This document shows positions 24,383 to 36,011 of a stretch of 64,000 bases of DNA, in pieces; the first letter of the stretch is position 1; the number at the start of each line of letters is the position of its first letter. The position numbers and the translations under genes were made by a program. This DNA is from Chrysomallon squamiferum (taxonomy: Eukaryota; Animalia; Mollusca). The stretch spans positions 2,790,001 to 2,854,000 of the forward strand of contig CM022665.1 in assembly GCA_012295275.1 (NCBI GenBank), read 5' to 3'. The notes under the pieces were generated by a model, which worked only from the letters and a program-made list of their open reading frames with translations, ran no database searches and was not told the DNA's origin.

Positions 24383-25380
24383 GCTTTTGATGCTGCAGCT
24401 AAGCTGGGTATACCTAAAGTGATAGAACCTTCTGACATGGTTCTGCTACAAGTACCAGACAAGCTTTGTGTGATGACTTATTTGCATCAGCTGAGATCAT
24501 ACTTTACAAATCAACAGCTCGAAGTACAACAGATTGGTTTAAGCACAAGTCAGAGCACGTACACTGTCGGTGAACACGATGAAAAACAAGACCAGAGGAT
24601 TTCAGAAGAAATGTATGGACAAAGTGATAAAGAGAAGAGCTCAACGTCTGATCATTATCTTGAAAGAAGGGAAAGAATTAGGAAGAAAAGTGGAAGTGTT
24701 GAATCAGAGAGGAAAGGATCATCTAGAAGTAGTGAAAGTGTGAAAACACTTGAACAAAATGATTCTAACTCGGTTGCTAGATGCCTGAGGATGTCCTCGC
24801 CAGGTTTGAGGAAGTCCTCATCAACTGAAAGCAGTGTCAGTACAAAATGTAGCAGTGACGAACAGAAGTCACCATCGAGAAAATCTAGTCCTGAAAAGGA
24901 AGTAAAACCACTTACACCAGAGAGACACTCACGTGAGCAAACACCAAACTCTCCTGAAAAAACACCAAACTCTCGTGAAAAAACACCAAACTCTCCTGAA
25001 AAAACACCAAACTCTCGTGAAAAAACACCAAACTCTCCTGAAAAAACACCAAACTCTCCTGAAAAAACACCAAACTCTCCTGAAAGAACACCAAACTCTC
25101 CTGAAAGAACACCAAACTCTCCTGAGAAAACACCAAACTCTACTGAAAGAACACACTATGAAAAGAAAAAGAAACGAAGAGCTCCTGCTCCTCCAAAACT
25201 GAAGAAAAAAGCTCCTAGTCCTCCCCGGAGTTCGCCAGTGAAACATTACAATCCATTTGAATCGGAAGAAGATGTTAATGATGATAATTCAAATAATCCT
25301 TTTGTTGATGATGTTGATGATAATGGAGAACAGACTCAAGTAGTTGATTCTGAGACCAGTTCTACATCTCCAGATTCAAG
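24383..25380 (+). CDS. EHBP1: EHBP1 coding exon 10: CH end (AFDAAAKLGIPKVIEPSDMV..PDKLCVMTYL), Ser-rich region, heptad repeat, Pro-rich motif, two NPFs
   Basis: 998 nt, phase 0 to 2 using the first of four duplicated AAG|GTTTAT donors. Confidence 0.9.
24941..25150 (+). repeat. Coding minisatellite, 10 x 21 bp encoding TPNS(P/R/T)E(K/R)
   Basis: Unit ACACCAAACTCTCCTGAAAAA read directly. Confidence 0.97.
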
Positions 25381-25556
25381 GTTTATATTTATACCTATTT
25401 ATACATTTCTTCGTCTCCAGATTCAAGGTTTATATTTATACCTATTTATACATTTCTATGTCTCCAGATTCAAGGTTTATATTTATACCTATTTATACAT
25501 TTCTACGTCTCCAGATTCAAGGTTTATATTTATACCTATTTATACATTTCTACATC
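25360..25556 (+). repeat. Minisatellite, 4.2 x 47 bp, spanning the exon/intron junction
   Basis: Unit TTCTACRTCTCCAGATTCAAGGTTTATATTTATACCTATTTATACAT starts at 25360, 25407, 25454 and 25501. Confidence 0.97.
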
Positions 25557-25941
25557 ATAAATTTTGGAAATTAAATTTTTATTCACATGGTCTTTTTATA
25601 AATGTTGGAAATTGAATTTTTGTGCATGAATATTAGGTTTATTACTATACTGGTGTTTTTTTTCTTCTAATAAAGTCACAGAAAAGTTTCTAAGCATTTG
25701 GACATGTTCCATGTGAAAAAATAGTCCAAATAGCTTTGAGGAATTTACTAAAAGTATAGATTAATGAATCATTCAGATCAGAAACTAACTGATCATCCAT
25801 AATTTTTTTTATATTGTTAATTAAGTTTATCACAGCTGTTGCTAAGATAATTTTTATTATTTATTTTGATAATATTTATTTAACAAATCATCATATTAGG
25901 GTATGCAATGTCATAACCTTCTTAATGCACATATTTTTCAG

Positions 25942-26014
25942 AAAAATGATACATGCTGACATCAATGTATTTAGTTCACAAGAATTTTCAGATTCATCTA
26001 AAGAAGCTGATCAG
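25942..26014 (+). CDS. EHBP1: EHBP1 coding exon 11 (KMIHADINVFSSQEFSDSSKEADQ)
   Basis: TTTTTCAG acceptor, CAG|GTTAAT donor, 73 nt. It bridges phase 2 to 0, which the model requires. Confidence 0.75.
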
Positions 26015-26552
26015 GTTAATTTTAAGTTTTAGTTTCACAGACAAAAATGTTTTTCTATCAGTTGCAGTTTCTGTTGTTTGTTTTGTTATCAAGTTTTTTG
26101 ATGTTAGAAACCAACCTCAACAACAAATAACTTTTTGTTTTTGTGATTAATCTTGGATTAAATTTGAATATGAATGTTTCAGAAATATTAAATGTATTAA
26201 TTTATTAACATGTTAGTTCTTAATATAAATATAATTGTCATTATTATTTCATAATAATCATTTTACATGTATTAAATGTTATATATGCTTTGTACTGACT
26301 TTATCAAAACCATCTAATAACTGAATACATTGCTTTCTTTCTTCTATTCATTTGATTATTCAGTATATGTATTTACAAGCAGATAACTCTGAAAGCATTA
26401 TGATTAGCCTTTAGTTCGATAGAAAACTAATTTACAGTTTAGATGTCTTCTAATTTTTTTTCTACTGCATATCATTATTGTATAAAAATATCTAAACCTA
26501 GTATTATTAGCAAAATGAACAGAAGTATATTTAAACAAATATCCTTTGTTAG

Positions 26553-26681
26553 ACGAAGTCTCGACATGAAGAGCTGAAAGAACGAGCCAAATTGCTGTTG
26601 GAGAAAGCTCGCAAAGAGGCTTTGTTAAAACACAACCCAACTTCAAAATCAATTGGTGATGAGTCTGCAGAGGATAGCAAG
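26553..26681 (+). CDS. EHBP1: EHBP1 coding exon 12 (TKSRHEELKERAKLLLEKARKEA...)
   Basis: 129 nt, phase 0 to 0. Matches the EHBP1 'SRQEELKERARxLLEQAR'-type helix. Confidence 0.92.
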
Positions 26682-27015
26682 GTGATTTATTTATTTCTTC
26701 TTTTAAAAAAAATAATATTGTTCAAGTATTTAAAACAAAAAAAAATTATTATCTTAATATTTTCTAGATCAGATATATGATTTCTTTATTTAAAAAAAAG
26801 TAATGTTTTCAAATTATTTTCAAAACAATTTTTTAGTTAATACATTAAAACCTGATAAATGGTCTGTTTATATTTATTTCTATGAAAAAGAAAATTGACT
26901 GAACAAAAGATAGCTCGAGAAACATTACTTTAATTTCTAATATATATAACGTTCATTGGCTAGTTTATAAAGTTTAATAAATGCATTGTTTGTTTTGTTG
27001 TTGTTTCTTTACCAG

Positions 27016-27136
27016 GAAGATGAACGTAAAAAAGAGTTGCGAGAGCGAGCGAGACGCCTGATAGCTGAAGTAAGAACAAGTTTAGACACTGAAGATGATA
27101 AACCTAAAACCACTGATACTGATGTTGCTCCACCAG
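27016..27136 (+). CDS. EHBP1: EHBP1 coding exon 13 (EDERKKELRERARRLIAEVR...)
   Basis: 121 nt, phase 0 to 1. Matches the 'LRERARQLIAEAR'-type helix. Confidence 0.92.
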
Positions 27137-27700
27137 GTATTATAATGTTTAGATCTTGCCAAAATAACGTTAGGTCACATGAATGACAAATAAATTCTCT
27201 CTGTAGCAAGTTTCAAAATTATTGCACTTGAATTGTCTTCTTTTTCCTTACTTTTTAAATTTTTTTATCAGTCTTATCTTTATCTTAAAACAACATTTTT
27301 TGACATAGCTTATTATCGTGTAGTTACTTTAATAAAACATAACTTCCCAATAAGCAGAAGTTTAAGATAATAATATTTTGTATCAAGTAATGCAAAACAA
27401 TTGCTTTACCAGATAGAGAACACTTATCGAACTTCATGCTTGATGTTGCTTTAATTGTAGTAGTAGACAACTTTAATTTGTTGTGTAGTACTCTTTTCAG
27501 TTAATGTATTGTTTAGATTAGAAAATTTTACTTATTTGAATATTGCACAAGAAGTCCTTCTTACAATTTTCACAATCATGTATTAATTTATCAAAAACAT
27601 ATTGTCACAGAAAAGAAAAAAAAAAATCTGAAATAACATGATTTTGAATTTTCTTTTTTTTTTTTTTTGTTTTTTTAGTTTGAAAAATCCCAGATCACTT

Positions 27701-27738
<38 letters not shown>

Positions 27739-27814
27739 TAAAATGAAATCTAGTTATGTTTGTACTTCTGCACCTTTTTCTCTGACCTTGTTTCTTTTTG
27801 TGTCTGCATGACAG

Positions 27815-27859
27815 TGCCACTGAAAGCATATCGAGTCGGTCCCAAGTTTCGTTTTATTG
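27815..27859 (+). CDS. EHBP1: Probable 45-nt cassette exon of EHBP1 (VPLKAYRVGPKFRFI)
   Basis: Pyrimidine tract plus CAG acceptor, G|GTATGT donor, symmetric phase 1 to 1, open frame, TGCATG on both sides. Confidence 0.65.
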
Positions 27860-29419
27860 GTATGTAAATGCATGTTGATCTTTTTCTTATTCCAGATTTA
27901 CCAAACCTTTATAACCCTTTACCAAAAAATACAGCTTGTAATATACCAGAAACAACACATGTGTGTGTTTGTGTATTACACAATATAGTCATTTTATTGA
28001 TAAAGACAAATTTAAAAAACAAAATTAAAAATGCTACTGATTATCATAAAATAAAATAAACAAACCAAGCAATTGGTATCTGTTCATTTATTTAATTAAA
28101 AACATTAGATTACAAATCAGCCAGATTTAATTCCATGCTGATTTTAAAGTATTTTTTAACATTAATCTAATTCTTCTTATTTACATACAGTTAAAACAGA
28201 TAATAAAATACAAGTGTATTCTTTGGTATTCAGTTATATTCCTATGTATATAATTATATCCACAGTATTAATTATTAAAATCATAATTACTGTTACATTT
28301 TATTCTGATCTTCTCATACAAAATGTATTTTAATTTTCAGAGACAATTTGCCTAAGTTGGAAATATAAATGTAATAAAATTGTAAATTAAATTTAGAATT
28401 TTTTTTTTTTTATATTTTCCCTCTGTGTAAGAGTACATTTACCTACCTTGTGTTTTACCTGCATTGTATGTTACAATAAATAATAAACCAGTTTTCTAAT
28501 ATTTTCAACACATCCTGTTTTTTTTGTGTTTTTTTTGTTGTTGAAGGTTCTTGGGTTTTCTTTTTTCCTTCTTTTTCTTTTTTGTATTTTGTTTATCATT
28601 TATAAATGTATTTAAATATAGTTTTAAAATTTTAATCTTTCTTTAACCTATTTTGGTAGATTATATTAATTAACATTTAAATAGCATCATAATTTAAAGT
28701 ATTATTAATTAGATGCATGCATTACATATCCACTTATTCTTAATATTATTCTTTCTGTTCTTTGATTTTATCAGTTTTGAAAATCTAGTAATTAACAAAT
28801 TAATTATTTAATAAGTTTAACATAATTTTTGAACACGGTGTGCTATTCAGCATTCATTATGTTTTGATAGCCCTTAGCTTAATGTAATTAATTAGTAGTG
28901 AACAAATAACCTAATATTGGTTATTATTTGTTGGTGGATACTTGTATTAACTAACAATAAAAAATGTTTATAATATAAAAAAGGACATGAGAAAGGCTAC
29001 CCAAGTTTATGTTTCTCAAGCAATTTTACCATCAGCCTTTTGTAAAACTACTGTGTGTATTAATATTTTACATAAGATGTAACACCAAAAGTGCACCAGA
29101 AAGAAGTTAAAGAAGATTTATTTTAGAGATATTGTGTGTAAAATGTTCATTTACTTATAATGTGGGATCTGACAATGGTTCAGAGAAATGGAATAAATAA
29201 TTCTAAAATGAATGGAAGGTTGTCTGTTTGTGTCTTTGGGATGCAGGTAGTGATTATATTTTTAATGAATGTGTAATGTGTTAAAGTAGCAGTAGATGTT
29301 GTTATTTTTTTTTTTTATATTGTTGTTATTGTTATTATTATTGTTCTTGTTGTTAATAATAATAATTATATCATCATCATCATCATCATCATTATTAATG
29401 TTGTTATTATTATTATTAA

Positions 29420-29471
<52 letters not shown>

Positions 29472-29481
29472 GCTGTATTAG

Positions 29482-29679
29482 GATCTCCATCCACTGAAAA
29501 GAAAGATGTATCTGCAAGGCCGGCAGAAATTAAGATGAAGAAGCTGATACTGACAAGACCAAATCTGTCTATAGGCAGTGCTGAAGAAGACAAGGAAGAT
29601 GAGTCGAGTAAAACACACACCCCTGACTCTGACAGGTCTAAACAAGAAGCAAAACTGGAGAAAACTGCAAGTACAGAAA
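29482..29679 (+). CDS. EHBP1: EHBP1 coding exon (SPSTEKKDVSARPAEIKMKKLILTRPNL...KTASTE)
   Basis: AG/GTTAGT, 198 nt, phase 1 to 1, open. Confidence 0.82.
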
Positions 29680-29758
29680 GTTAGTAGTCAAAAACTCATG
29701 CTGACAACATTTCCATACTTATACCACACACACACTCACACACACACAGACACACACG

Positions 29759-29802
<44 letters not shown>

Positions 29803-29943
29803 ACATGCACACACACATAGACAGACAGACAGACATACTAGCACAAGCACTCACACAGACATAAAATCTGTCTCCACTTTTCTCTGTGTTTGTGTGTACG
29901 TGTGTGTAAACACACGTACACACATAAAACTATGCTGTTACAG

Positions 29944-30035
29944 ATACTGGATATGAAGACAATCTTGGCAGTGATGGAGAGATGGAACATTCTGATGGCT
30001 CAGAACTAGATTTCATACTGAACTCATCTCAAGAG
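29944..30035 (+). CDS. EHBP1: EHBP1 coding exon (TGYEDNLGSDGEMEHSDGSELDFILNSSQE)
   Basis: AG/GTTAGT, 92 nt, phase 1 to 0. Confidence 0.85.
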
Positions 30036-30152
30036 GTTAGTTGTACTGTCTTCTATGAAATTGAGTAAAATGGTTTTAAAATTTCTTTCTTGAATGTAGC
30101 ATACGGCTGTGACTAATTTGAGAAATTACAGAGCTTGTTTTAATTTTCTCAG

Positions 30153-30273
30153 CGAATTCGTGACACTAACCAGTATGTTCAGGCAGAGATGGATGTTCTG
30201 GAACATGAGCAGGCTCAGGTAGATGACAGAGCTGCCCAGGTAGAGAAGCAGCTGAGAAAAGTCATGGACAAAG
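30153..30273 (+). CDS. EHBP1: EHBP1 coding exon, bMERB start (RIRDTNQYVQAEMDVLEHEQAQVDDRAAQVEKQLRKVMDK)
   Basis: 121 nt, phase 0 to 1. Confidence 0.95.
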
Positions 30274-31002
30274 GTAATGGATATTATTTTATACAGAAAA
30301 TAATAACTCACTTAGATACTTCAGAATGCTTTGGGCCAGTTTCCCCTTAAAAAAAACCCCAAAAACAAAAAACAATTCTAAAATGTTTGGTCACATTCAA
30401 GTTGAATACTACATCCAGACCACTCTACTCCAGTCTTTGTTATTTTTATTAAACAGGGTTATCTCCCTTGCTCCAGATACTGAGATATTCTGTTAACAAA
30501 GATACTGTATTTGTTCAGTGACAAATGGCTTGTTAAACTTCATTCAGCATTTCTGGTTGATCGTTAATTAATTGTGTTAATATTGCATGGATTTGACTCA
30601 TTTCTTTGCTGATTTGCAGCAGCCATTTTTGACCTTGTGAAATAAGTATTCATTCATTCACAATTTTGGCAAACAAAACATTGTATATAAATGCTGTAGG
30701 AACTTACGAACTTTGATATTTTTAAAATACACAGTATAAAAGCTATATACATAGAGAAACATTTAGGTTCAAAAGATAGATTTAAGTAAATATGATAACA
30801 TTTATAATATATAAATTCATTTTTTATATGGATATTCAAAATGTATGTTAGTTCAAATAAAGTAAAACTTATTAAGTTAAAAAATTTATAAATACGCTAT
30901 ATGCTAGATTATCTGTGTTCATTTTCATGGTGTATATTACATTTTTTAAAGATAATGCTAATTATTTGATAACAGCATTCTAAAAAACAATATTATTAAC
31001 AG

Positions 31003-31102
31003 GAAAAAATAAAGGTTTGGAAGAGAAGCTGATGCAGGAATGGTTCCATCTGGTAAACAAGAAAAATGCTCTCATTAGAAGACAAATGCAGCTTAACATT
31101 TT
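31003..31102 (+). CDS. EHBP1: EHBP1 coding exon, bMERB (KNKGLEEKLMQEWFHLVNKKNALIRRQMQLNI)
   Basis: 100 nt, phase 1 to 2. 'MQEWFxLVNKKNALIRR' signature. Confidence 0.96.
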
Positions 31103-32615
31103 GTAAGTAGAAACTTTTATGTGTTATTTATGTATTACTCAGGTGAATTTGCCATCTAGTACCAAAAAATTGAACAATCACAGAAATTCTGATATTAATC
31201 ATTGCATTGTGATCTTTATAACAGTCACTGAAGGTACTAGTATTGACACATGGTTTTCACATTTTATTTAGTTTTTAATTATTTTAAAATTCTCAGAAAT
31301 GAAAATAGTTATTTACAGATATTTCAATTATATGAGTCCACAGACCCTCTGATTTTTGTTTTATGAAAATTTATTTCAAATTTCCATTTGATGTCATTAG
31401 ATTTTTGATTTTTAAAAATATTTTTAAAATTATAACATACCTTTGGTGCACAATCTCATAATTCAAATACGTTTTTAGTACTTCTGTTGGATTATTTTGG
31501 TTCCAGATAACATTATGTTTTCCTTTTTATGTTATTAATAACAACTAACTTCACAGTTGTTATATTTTCAGTCAGTCAAAAAAAAAATTATTATCTTTTA
31601 CATTTTTCTGGGTAAAAGATAGTCAGGAATAAAATAAATTAGAGCTGCCAAACATCTTCATAAGCTTTTTAGTTTAATGTTATTTTTTTTTAAATTTTAT
31701 TTATTTTGGTGTACAGAAATAAATAAAATCCTTAACTGGATATTTAGAAAAAAAATAATAATAATAATAATAAAAAAAAAAAATGTACATACTTTTTTTT
31801 ATACCACTACAGATAGGCTTTACTTAATTGTCTCAGAGAATTTCCTGTTACAGAAAGTTAAACAAAAACAAAACAAAACAAAAAACAAACAATGTTTAAT
31901 AACTATTAATGATAAAATGTATTAACATAATCTTCATTCATCCTTTAATGTTAATTAAATTTTATCATTTTCTTTAAGTTCATTACTCAAATATAATTTA
32001 TTTGAAACAAAACGTGCACCTTGGTCAAAACTATTTAATTTAGTGCCAAACGTTCCCTTCCACATGATTTAGAAATTCTTTTTAATTAGTGCAGCTAAAT
32101 ATTTTTGTAAAAGTTTAGTCATTTGTGGATTTTGTTAATGAAAACATTGTAATGGTGAATGAAAAGGTTTGTATTGGAGCTTATAATTACTGTGAACTCC
32201 TTGACAATATTTCACTTGCAGCAACATGGTAATTTCTGAGTATTTTTCTTCAAGTAGTTATTGTTGTTTCTCTTGTCACAATGGCCAGTTTTGTTTTGAA
32301 TTTGCCATCAAACTGGAGAAAATGTTTCCTTTTGACATATCGTTAATAATAGATTTGCGTGCAGAAATTACTATTGAAATGTTAACACTTGACAAGATAT
32401 CTGCTTTTAGATATTTTACTGGATGTCTGTTTATGTCTTCATTTCTAAACTTTCTCACTGAAACTGTAGCACATTAAGAGATTTGTGTCAAAGACAAAAA
32501 TTACTATTGATTTGTCCAAGCCCTGTTCAAAGAGAGAAGGTTTTCTGCGGATTATAAATTCTTATCTGTAACTCATCTTGTAGAATGAAACAACACGAAA
32601 CTTCAGCTCAGACTG

Positions 32616-32656
<41 letters not shown>

Positions 32657-35594
32657 AAATGCAATTGCAAAGAATACCATAATTGTATAAATATTTGAAT
32701 AAAGGTTTACACAGCAACAAAAGAGAGAAGAAAATAAACATTACTCCTCAGATGTTAATTATTAATCCTTTGATGGCAGTATAATATTCAATGTGAATTG
32801 GGAAAAAAGTAATATATTTTTTTCTGTTTTGAATAAATATACTCAGTGCAGTGGATTGAAGATTAAAATAAGGAACACAATGAAATATAGAATTCACAAC
32901 TTCTCTTTTAATGATTCAGATTGAAAGAAGTTTTAATAACAACAAAAGCATTTAGCTGTTTTTTGGGGGCATTTTTTTTTGATAAAATTGTAATCTGAAA
33001 ATTGATCAGAAAATAGCTTAGCATGAAAATCAGTGACTTCGATGTGTCATTTATGAGAATGTGTTTGGAAACGTAAGACAAATATAATTTGGAGTGAAGC
33101 AGACCTCTCTCAGTTGTTTATTTGTAGAAAAAACATTTTCTTGCTACATCTAGTATTTCAAATGTTGATATTATTTCATTGCTATTAATATAATTTTTTT
33201 TTGTTAAAATAATTTTGGATTTTTCCAGAAATAATATTGTCTTGGTTATCTAAGAATCTATATAACATTATATAATTAGACTTCTACTTTGGGTCCTTCT
33301 GTTGTTTTTGCCTAATTGTGACAGAATAACCCAGTAAATTTTAAATATGTTCTATTTTCTGTAGACTTTACTGTATGTCATTCCAATTTTTCATTGAATC
33401 TTTAGGTCTTGTAAGTTACATTTTGTTCACCATTATATTTATTTTTTAAAATTACCAAACAAAAATAAAACTTTAAGATTGTGAAATTGACTTTACAAAC
33501 CATTGTCACAAATAAAAAACAACAACATATAAATAAAAATATATTATTAAAACTGAGGTATTTTGATACTCTGTCACATGAATGAAATTGCAGTTGTTGA
33601 ATGTAAACAAAAATGACAGTGCAAGAAAGAAACATGTTTCTAATTGGGAAGCAGCCACGTCTAACTTTCCCAGATATTGGAACTGAACAAACAAGTTTGA
33701 TGCTTTTTTTCATTACAAACTGTGATTGCAAATGGGGGAAATCATTATCTGCTGGATAATAAGCCGAAGTCTGTGGAGGATTTGTTGTAGAAATGGAGAA
33801 TCAACAGAGATAATCCTCTCTGGCACTGCGTATAAATGATGAGGCAAGATTTTTGGTTACAGTTAATAATTGTGCTATAAATAATTCCGCACACACAAAC
33901 CACATGCATTGATCCGGCAGCTCCTTTAACACCCAATTTGTTAGTACACATTGATTTTATAGACAGTGCGCTCACCAGGACAATGACTTTAAACCAACCA
34001 TATGCACTAACTATTATGTGGCCAAGATTGCGAGTAACCAAATCAAGATTTTAATTTAGGCCACACACTATGCTTCCCACACAACACAAATTACATTGTT
34101 TAACAAAGCATCGTTTCATTTAAACAGTTGCTCCTGGTGGCGAAAAAACTGAAACTTCAGGCAGTTTCAGCTCTTGTTTTTTGTCTCCATGATTCATGTT
34201 TTAATATTTTATTGTTTAAGACGAGATCATCTACAGTAACAATTTTTTATTAAAGAAAATATTCATTGTATTGTTACAACAGACATGACGATTATTATTA
34301 TTATTATTATTATTTTTAATGTCTTTGACAGAAAAGATTAAATATTTAAATAATTAAAAATATTGTTGTGTCGCAAAATATTAAAAACTTTTTTTTTTTA
34401 ATTTAACAAAATAATAATTTGAAAAATTAAATACATAATGTTAGTTTGTATAAAAAAAAAATTCTGTTGCCTGTTCGTGTTTTTATTTTTATTTTAATAA
34501 AAAGCATAAATATATTTTTCATATTTTACATAGTATGTGATTGTTTTTTTATTATCATTAATTCATTTCAGTTAAGAGGTTATTTTAATAGTGTTTGATT
34601 AACAAACCTAATTCTAAAATTAAACATTAAAATTATTTCATTAACAGTGACACTTAAATAGTATCAAATGGACACATTCAGTCAGTCACTCATTTAGAAA
34701 TAAAGGCTGACATACTCTTTTAAGTAGATGGTTGAGGTGACAGCCAATAAAAGGAGAGAGATCTAACCTCTGCTTTTGGAATTTTTGCATTATCTAATTT
34801 CAGTGTTGTAAAAATTCCTAGCATAGCACAAGTGAAAGAATAAAATTGTAGTCATCAGTGTGTTTGTAGTTAACAACCATTTGTTTACACAGAGGTTCAA
34901 ACACAACTTTTCTCAGCAATAATCCGCAGTGTTGTAGAAAACGCGATAACAAAGAAATATTAATACTCTTAGAAACCTGTATTGTAGCATGCTTTTGTGT
35001 TGTGTACATTCAGAAGAATGGTCTATGATATTTAATGCAGCGAGCATGCAGAAACAAGACGTGGTCATTTAATCTCGGGCCCAAGGCACTGACAATAATC
35101 CAATGTGGGATTTTCTGCAATGTATTATTGAATTTTGTTTTTGACACATTGAAACATTAAGACGCCTCTAGTAACTAGCTGAAGTGAAAGCTGATTTTTA
35201 TGTAACGTCTAAATCTCTGTTATGACTAAACATGCCAAAAACATGTCTCAGAATTAGTTCTTGATGACCTCTCAGGGGACTTGAGGCATTAAGATTTTGA
35301 AATGTTTGCAGCACATGAAATATAATATTTTGAAGGTTTCTTTTTTTTTTTTTTTTTTTCTTTTTTTTTTAACCCTGAATGTTCTTAATGTATCTGTACA
35401 TAAATAACAGAATTGGAAAATTTTTAATTTCATTTTGATATCCAAAATACATTAGTCCCAAAATGGCACATGTTAAAATTGGTGAAAATTTATCCAATAG
35501 TTCAGATTAATGGTAGTTTTCAAATTTCTTAAATTTTTGGCAGCTTTGTACTTATTTTATATTATTTTATTTTATTTTATTATTATTATTATTA

Positions 35595-35650
<56 letters not shown>

Positions 35651-35979
35651 AAAAATAAAATAAAATAAAATAATCATACTGAGATTCTAAAATGCAGGCC
35701 TAACTCTGGCAACAATTTGACAAAAAATACAAATGATATATTTCTGTCTTCTAGAACAACTGTAATACAATATATGCTTTACCCTTCCCAGCTGAGTAAT
35801 GTATAAAAATAAACCATTACAAATTTTAACAGTTACTTCTTGTTATTTCTTCTGCAGAGAAATATTATTTTTTGTCATATGAAAAAGGAGGACATTATAA
35901 TTTTTAATAAAAGGATTAGAAATTTTAAATAATTATATGAAACATTAGTTTTACAAAAAAACTGATGAATTACTTGCAG

Positions 35980-36011
<32 letters not shown>

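Noticed and set aside
24912-25246. Alternative-frame and antisense repetitive ORFs (QESLVFF, RRVWCFF, KKHQTLL)
   Set aside because: They are shadows of the 21-bp coding repeat in the EHBP1 exon.
25360-25556. CRISPR-like array (also considered for 53054-53205)
   Set aside because: The units are head-to-tail with no unique spacers, the context is eukaryotic, and there are no cas genes.
25381-25615. Hydrophobic C-terminal extension of the 417-aa ORF as a transmembrane tail
   Set aside because: It is read-through into the intronic 47-bp repeat. The spliced gene continues to the bMERB and CaaX exons.
32000-32620. Possible decayed transposase (ORF 32276..32458)
   Set aside because: I could not identify any diagnostic motif or terminal repeat, so it is left uncalled.
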